Source of the DNA: a virus
Lineage: Duplodnaviria > Caudoviricetes
Direction: 5' to 3' (one strand)
IMG/VR virus record: IMGVR_UViG_3300042544_000638
Span: 1-53,420 of that record
DNA length: 53,420 bases
Shown here in pieces: positions 49,133 to 53,420 of this stretch (position 1 is the first letter of the stretch; every line of letters begins with the position of its first letter). The notes below the pieces were generated by a model. The model made no database searches. It was given only the letters and a program-made list of their open reading frames with translations, and was not told the origin of the DNA. Both the position numbers and the translations under genes were made by a program.

Positions 49133-49184
49133 AATTTCCTCCTTTGAGCGAAATATTAACTTGGCCACCCAAACTGGCGTGACC
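49130..49184 (-). promoter_or_regulatory. ROSE-like RNA thermometer in the hsp20 leader
   Basis: AUUUC-G-CUC-AAAG-GAG-GAAAU hairpin sequesters the SD with a bulged G (UUCGCU); upstream GGUCAC...GUGGCC hairpin. Confidence 0.65.
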
Positions 49185-49286
49185 TTTTAAAAATAAACAG
49201 ACCCCGCGAAATTAAACGCACCTCACGACACCGCAATGGCGATACCGTCTGTTTTTGCCCTCATTAATACCCTCTAAAGTATTCTA

Positions 49287-49508
49287 TTAAACTACTTCTA
49301 GTAAATTTACTACTCGTTCTTGCACAGTAGTAATGTATGTGTTGTATTCAGTAAGAACCGTTAGGCACTTATCTCTCGACCTGATAAAGCTATCATAGCT
49401 ATGAGCACCCTGACTCATACTTGCTGCTGCCGAAGCTACCTCATCAATAATTGACATAATGTAATCTGGTGTATAAACCTCTTTACAGCCCTCGTATACT
49501 TTACACAT
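49287..49508 (-). CDS. Hypothetical protein
   Basis: 73 aa; GAGG RBS. Confidence 0.6.
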   Translation of the reverse strand: MCKVYEGCKEVYTPDYIMSIIDEVASAAASMSQGAHSYDSFIRSRDKCLTVLTEYNTYITTVQERVVNLLEVV

Positions 49509-49649
49509 AATATTTGGTCCTCTACTTTCTAGTTAATAATGACTCGTAAAAGTCTATGAAGTCCCCGTTTTAACGATAGAACTCCCTCTATCGCATCAAA
49601 TGTAGTCAGTAAGCGACCCTATATTTTTACTTCCACATTTAATTCTGTT

Positions 49650-50048
49650 TTATAGAATCTTCCATTCAGTGCCAGAATAAGCTAGATGTAATGATCCGAA
49701 GGGAACATTAATAGTAGCTGTTGCGGCTCCGTCAATAGTGCCAGCAGCTGGAGTGATCGTGATAGGTGTAGCTACTGAAGCTAGACCTAGACCGTCTTTG
49801 ATGTTGAAGATTCTACCTGTTACACCTGCAGGTAGATTTACTGCTACAGCCGCCGCTGGTGTTACTTCTACAGAGATAATATCATCTGTATTGAGAACAG
49901 CAAAAGGCGTAGAGGTAGCAACGGTAACTGCTAGAGTCTGAGTCCCTGTAGTACTTACAGTTATCTGGTTAGCTCCAGTACCTGTGGTTGGTGTAATTGA
50001 AATTCCTGTACCTGCTATAATTGATAGCGGGTTATTTGTATAAGACAT
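49650..50048 (-). CDS. Beta-rich protein, repeated-domain family (copy 3)
   Basis: LP..GRIFNIKD..PITI..GTIDG..IN..GTEWKIL; AAGGAG RBS. Confidence 0.75.
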   Translation of the reverse strand: MSYTNNPLSIIAGTGISITPTTGTGANQITVSTTGTQTLAVTVATSTPFAVLNTDDIISVEVTPAAAVAVNLPAGVTGRIFNIKDGLGLASVATPITITPAAGTIDGAATATINVPFGSLHLAYSGTEWKIL

Positions 50049-50094
50049 TAGTTTTCTCCTTATTATTATTATTATAAACTAATTGCCTGAGACT

Positions 50095-50400
50095 TTATAT
50101 AGTCTTCCAGTTTGTGCCATCATATACAATTTGTACATGACTGTATTGGCTATTAAGTATTGCGAAAGAAACACCGTCAATAGTTTTTCCTCCTAATGAT
50201 GTAATCCTAATTGGTCTACTTCGTGATTGTCCCGAAAAGTCCTTTATGTAATATGCTTTCTTAGCTGAGTCCCCAGAACCACCAGTAGATGGTAGTACTA
50301 TAGAGGAGGGTCCAGCTACGTTTACGAATATTACTTCATCATCATTAGTGATATTATATGGTGTTGTCGTAACTATTTTTGTTTGATAAGTTATTGCCAT
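50095..50400 (-). CDS. Beta-rich protein, repeated-domain family (copy 2)
   Basis: LP..YYIKD..PIRI..KTIDG..LN..GTNWKTI; TGATG coupling. Confidence 0.75.
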   Translation of the reverse strand: MAITYQTKIVTTTPYNITNDDEVIFVNVAGPSSIVLPSTGGSGDSAKKAYYIKDFSGQSRSRPIRITSLGGKTIDGVSFAILNSQYSHVQIVYDGTNWKTI

Positions 50401-50954
50401 CAGTTTATCCTAGTCATTGTCACTTGAAGTGCATACCCAGAAGGTCTTGTTGGTCCTACTTGTGGAGGTAGTGGAGCAAGTCCTGTTGTTACATCAGGAC
50501 TACTCCAGCACATCTGAACATTATCTCCAGCAGCTAGTGATAGAGTATAATTCCCCGATACAAATATAGTAGATAGAACATTAGTTAACTGCAGTTCTTG
50601 TAGTGAACCAGCTAAATCTACACCGTTTTTACGCAACCATATACTTAAAGTGGCTGTTCCACCAGAAGTCTTCGTAGTTGTTAATGTAAATAATTTAGTG
50701 TATACTCCAGCGTTGGCTACTACTATACTATTACCCCCACTTATACTTACTCCATTAGCTGGACCAAGCGCATCGTAGGTCATTATATTTATACCACTTG
50801 CTACTGGATTCGTCTGAGCAGTACTACTACTGATAGATCCGTAGTTCGTTAAACCTGTGCTAGCACTTATAACGCCATCGGTTACGCTGAGTCCAGATCC
50901 TACCTTAACTATACCAAAGTCAGTTGTTGATCCTAAAGGTGTTTTATAGCTCAT
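50400..50954 (-). CDS. Putative C1q/BclA-C-like jelly-roll protein
   Basis: FGIVKVGSGLSVTDGVIS N-terminal motif; IVVANAGVY..IWLRKNG..LAAGDNVQM; ATGA coupling. Confidence 0.6.
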   Translation of the reverse strand: MSYKTPLGSTTDFGIVKVGSGLSVTDGVISASTGLTNYGSISSSTAQTNPVASGINIMTYDALGPANGVSISGGNSIVVANAGVYTKLFTLTTTKTSGGTATLSIWLRKNGVDLAGSLQELQLTNVLSTIFVSGNYTLSLAAGDNVQMCWSSPDVTTGLAPLPPQVGPTRPSGYALQVTMTRIN

Positions 50955-51400
50955 ACTATGCTCCAAGAGCCTTCATTGAAGACTAATGCCACAGCACCAA
51001 AGTCGGTGTTAATAGTAGCACTTGGCTGACCATCTATCGTCGTTGTATCACCTACAATCGTTATAGGGTTAGTACTAGCTTCGCCAAATATATCTTTAAC
51101 TATATAAACTGTACCGTCTACGGAGACGGGAAGTGTTATAGTATAAGGCCCTCCAGTTATTACTCCTATAAAATAGTCTGTTGTCAAAGCTGTGTAATCT
51201 TCTTCAACAGAAATAGTAGGAATTATTAACGGACCCGGAGGTCCAGGAGGTCCTTCAGGACCGGGTGGTCCCGGTGGTCCAGGAGGTCCAGGAGTACCTG
51301 ACGCTGTATAGTTTATTACATCTATACCATCCTCTTGCGAATAAGGAAAGAGTGGTATAGGCCACCAAAAAGGCATAATTTGTTGTTGTTGAAATAACAT
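50951..51400 (-). CDS. Short-collagen (GPP) protein, repeated-domain family (copy 1)
   Basis: GTPGPPGPPGPPGPEGPPGPPGP then LP..GTVYIVKD..PITI..TIDG..IN..GSWSIV; GAGG RBS before ATG 51400. Confidence 0.78.
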   Translation of the reverse strand: MLFQQQQIMPFWWPIPLFPYSQEDGIDVINYTASGTPGPPGPPGPPGPEGPPGPPGPLIIPTISVEEDYTALTTDYFIGVITGGPYTITLPVSVDGTVYIVKDIFGEASTNPITIVGDTTTIDGQPSATINTDFGAVALVFNEGSWSIV

Positions 51401-51420
51401 AACATTCGCCTCAAAGTATA

Positions 51421-51453
51421 AGACCCCCACAACGTCGTGGGCTGCAGGGGTCT
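51421..51453 (-). terminator. Intergenic hairpin
   Basis: AGACCCC...GGGGTCT stem after the 256-aa gene. Confidence 0.5.
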
Positions 51454-51467
51454 CACACACTTAAATA

Positions 51468-52238
51468 TTAACGAATGTTAGTATTTGTGTTTGTTGGGGT
51501 AGAAGTCTGTGTACCACTTCCAACGTTAATTGCAGAGTTATCGTTACGAATCTGCTGGCCAAGACCCCAAATGAGGTTAGCTAGCTGACCATACTGAGCC
51601 TGCTGCTGCTGCTGTTGCTGCATCTGGTTAATGTTGTTTGTTGTGGTTACTTCAATACCACGAGTACGTTCAGCTAGGCGTGCATCCGAACGGAGTTCGA
51701 TAAGTGCTGCGTTAGCTTCACCAAGCTGACGGTTTAGTGTAGCTTCGTACTGCTGTACAATAAGTGCGCGAGTCTTGTCACCATCATCGCTAATATCTTT
51801 CGATAGTTCATAGCGATTTTCCATGATTGACTGACTTACGCCATTTACTTGCTGTGCTAGAACCATAGTTCCTGCGTTTACAGCTTCTTTAACTCCGTCT
51901 ATACGAGCGGCTAGTGATGATGTAAGATTGTTAAGTTGGCTTGTGAAGCCAATTGTTTGGTTAGCCTGTGAGGCTTCCATAGCTGCAGTTGAAACTGCTA
52001 CTGCCTTATCGACAGCGCCAACAGCCTGCATTAGATCCATGTTAGCTTGGTTCTGCTCTGGAGGATTACGTAAGGTAGCTCCTGCTACAGCTCCTGCTCC
52101 ATCGTTTCCGAAGAAGTTGCCGTTGTTGCGTAGGAGGCTTCCTAGGATAAGACCTCCAATAAGGCCTCCGCCACCAAAACCGAGGCCATCGCCTCCACCA
52201 CTCATCATCATACCACTTGGTTGTAAAATTTCTGCCAT
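51468..52238 (-). CDS. Hypothetical protein: Gly-rich hydrophobic N-terminus, coiled coil, poly-Gln
   Basis: GLIGGLILGSLL, DGDKTRALI, QQQQQQQ; AAGGAG RBS. Confidence 0.8.
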   Translation of the reverse strand: MAEILQPSGMMMSGGGDGLGFGGGGLIGGLILGSLLRNNGNFFGNDGAGAVAGATLRNPPEQNQANMDLMQAVGAVDKAVAVSTAAMEASQANQTIGFTSQLNNLTSSLAARIDGVKEAVNAGTMVLAQQVNGVSQSIMENRYELSKDISDDGDKTRALIVQQYEATLNRQLGEANAALIELRSDARLAERTRGIEVTTTNNINQMQQQQQQQAQYGQLANLIWGLGQQIRNDNSAINVGSGTQTSTPTNTNTNIR

Positions 52239-52330
52239 TTAATTTCTCCTTTTATTATTATTGTTCTCATGAGAATCATTAAAATTATGGCAATTATTTG
52301 TTGGCGACAAATAATCGCCTGCTTTGTTGG

Positions 52331-52546
52331 TTACTGTGACATAACCGTTTGGTAACTTTCCATCGTTACCACGTCCCACTCTTCATTAGCTTTCTGGACT
52401 TTTTCTGCTATACGATGAATTGCTTCATCCGTTAAAGTAGTTGCACTTTCTTTACAGTATTCCATAAGCCTGATAAAGAGAGGAATATCTAATGTGACAC
52501 TATTAGGCTGTTTAGCGTAATATTCCACGATCTTTCGTTTATACAT
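52331..52546 (-). CDS. Hypothetical protein
   Basis: 71 aa, VTLDIPLFIRLMEY; AAGGAG RBS. Confidence 0.7.
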   Translation of the reverse strand: MYKRKIVEYYAKQPNSVTLDIPLFIRLMEYCKESATTLTDEAIHRIAEKVQKANEEWDVVTMESYQTVMSQ

Positions 52547-52573
52547 TAAATCTCCTTTTACTAAGTTTGTTAC

Positions 52574-52648
52574 TGGTGCTCTTACTCCGAATCGAACGGA
52601 GATCTACGGGTTACAAAGCCGTGGTAATAGCCGTTATACTATAAGAGC
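52574..52648 (-). tRNA. tRNA-Thr(UGU)
   Basis: GCTCTTA/TAAGAGC acceptor, TTTGTAA anticodon loop, CTCCG-TTCGATT-CGGAG T-arm, encoded CCA. Confidence 0.85.
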
Positions 52649-53241
52649 TCAAATTTATTTCCCTTGCTACAGTTCTCTTTAGCTGGCAAATATTGGAGAT
52701 TGTATTCTACATGAAGTCCACATATATTTATACCATTTAAAGGTATAATATGGTCAACATGGTGGCCTTCTGGACAATTATCATAAATTTGTCTTATTTT
52801 ATCAAGATTTGCCCATGTAGGTGTAGCATTTCTTTTAGAAGCTCTATACAGAGCTGTCCTATGTGCTTGTGAAGGTTTAGTTAAATTATCGCTACATTTT
52901 TTGCAGTACGATACTTTCCTGTCTTTATTTACATAGAAATTTGATATTTCATATACTAAGTCACATTGTATACAATACGACAGTCCATGTTTTTCCAATA
53001 TAAAACTACATAATTTTTTGCTACTACTAGGTTTATCCGGCCAAAATCTTTTTATCAGCTTAGATAATCCGCCAGAGCTATATCCTAACTCTTTAGCTAA
53101 ATTATACTCTTTTTTCTTAAGCACATCTAGTAAAGAATCTAAATCTATCTTTGTACTTGTTTTAAGTGACTTTTCAATATTAGGTAGATCTATTATTATG
53201 CAGTTATAAAGTGCTTGTCTTTTAGTAAGTTTTAACATCAT
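52639..53241 (-). CDS. HNH homing endonuclease within the tRNA cluster
   Basis: CIQC..CKKC, ATPTWA, HHVDHIIPL, CGLHVEYNLQYL..EN..KGN. Confidence 0.85.
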   Translation of the reverse strand: MMLKLTKRQALYNCIIIDLPNIEKSLKTSTKIDLDSLLDVLKKKEYNLAKELGYSSGGLSKLIKRFWPDKPSSSKKLCSFILEKHGLSYCIQCDLVYEISNFYVNKDRKVSYCKKCSDNLTKPSQAHRTALYRASKRNATPTWANLDKIRQIYDNCPEGHHVDHIIPLNGINICGLHVEYNLQYLPAKENCSKGNKFELL

Positions 53242-53334
53242 ATAATAAGAATGGAGGCCCTCACGTATTGGCCTCGCTTGTCTAGTATTATTGTACGACT
53301 ATTGGCTGCAGCACAAATAGTAACTAGATTAAAC

Positions 53335-53409
53335 TGGTGCTTCCGGAGAGATTCGAACTCCCAACCTAGCCGTTATGAGCGGCCAGCTCTACCTTTGAGC
53401 TACAGAAGC
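53335..53409 (-). tRNA. tRNA with CAU anticodon (probably Ile2/lysidine type; elongator Met not excluded)
   Basis: GCTTCTG/CGGAAGC acceptor, GGCCG-CTCATAA-CGGCT anticodon arm, TTCGAAT T-loop, encoded CCA. Confidence 0.88.
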
Positions 53410-53420
53410 TTAAGCGTATG

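Noticed and set aside
30216-53209. Plus-strand ORFs inside the replication and accessory genes
   Set aside because: Antisense shadows of conserved minus-strand genes
1-53420. Stop-codon reassignment suggested by abundant CTAG
   Set aside because: Conserved genes are full-length in the standard code, and TAG, TGA and TAA all terminate genes at expected positions

Overview
The window is a contiguous piece of a lytic T5-like siphophage genome (Demerecviridae-like gene order, but divergent from coliphage T5). The + strand (1-29325) holds the virion operon. It runs: HNH nicking endonuclease, portal, an 888-aa in-frame fusion of accessory domains + prohead protease + major capsid protein, head-tail connectors, tail tube, two tandem paralogous minor tail genes, tail chaperones, tape measure, distal tail, baseplate hub, and a collagen-like central fibre. 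The fibre is followed immediately by a 2OG-Fe(II) oxygenase and a GT-A glycosyltransferase, then two tail-tip genes. The - strand (29366-53420) holds the replication block (class II RNR NrdJ, LAGLIDADG endonuclease, D15/D14/D13/D12/D11/D10 homologues, PhoH, family A polymerase, primase, DnaB-like helicase, D5, split NAD ligase, thioredoxin, PC4-like protein, D3). Beyond it are Hsp20 with a ROSE-like thermometer, a five-gene accessory cluster with a triplicated domain and a (Gly-Pro-Pro) tract, an HNH gene and two tRNAs. The best candidates for undescribed biology are a phage-encoded collagen hydroxylation/glycosylation cassette, the five-gene accessory fibre-like operon, the protease-capsid polyprotein with internal starts, and a +1 (UUU_CGU) tail-chaperone frameshift. 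All family assignments come from motif recognition and synteny, not database searches.
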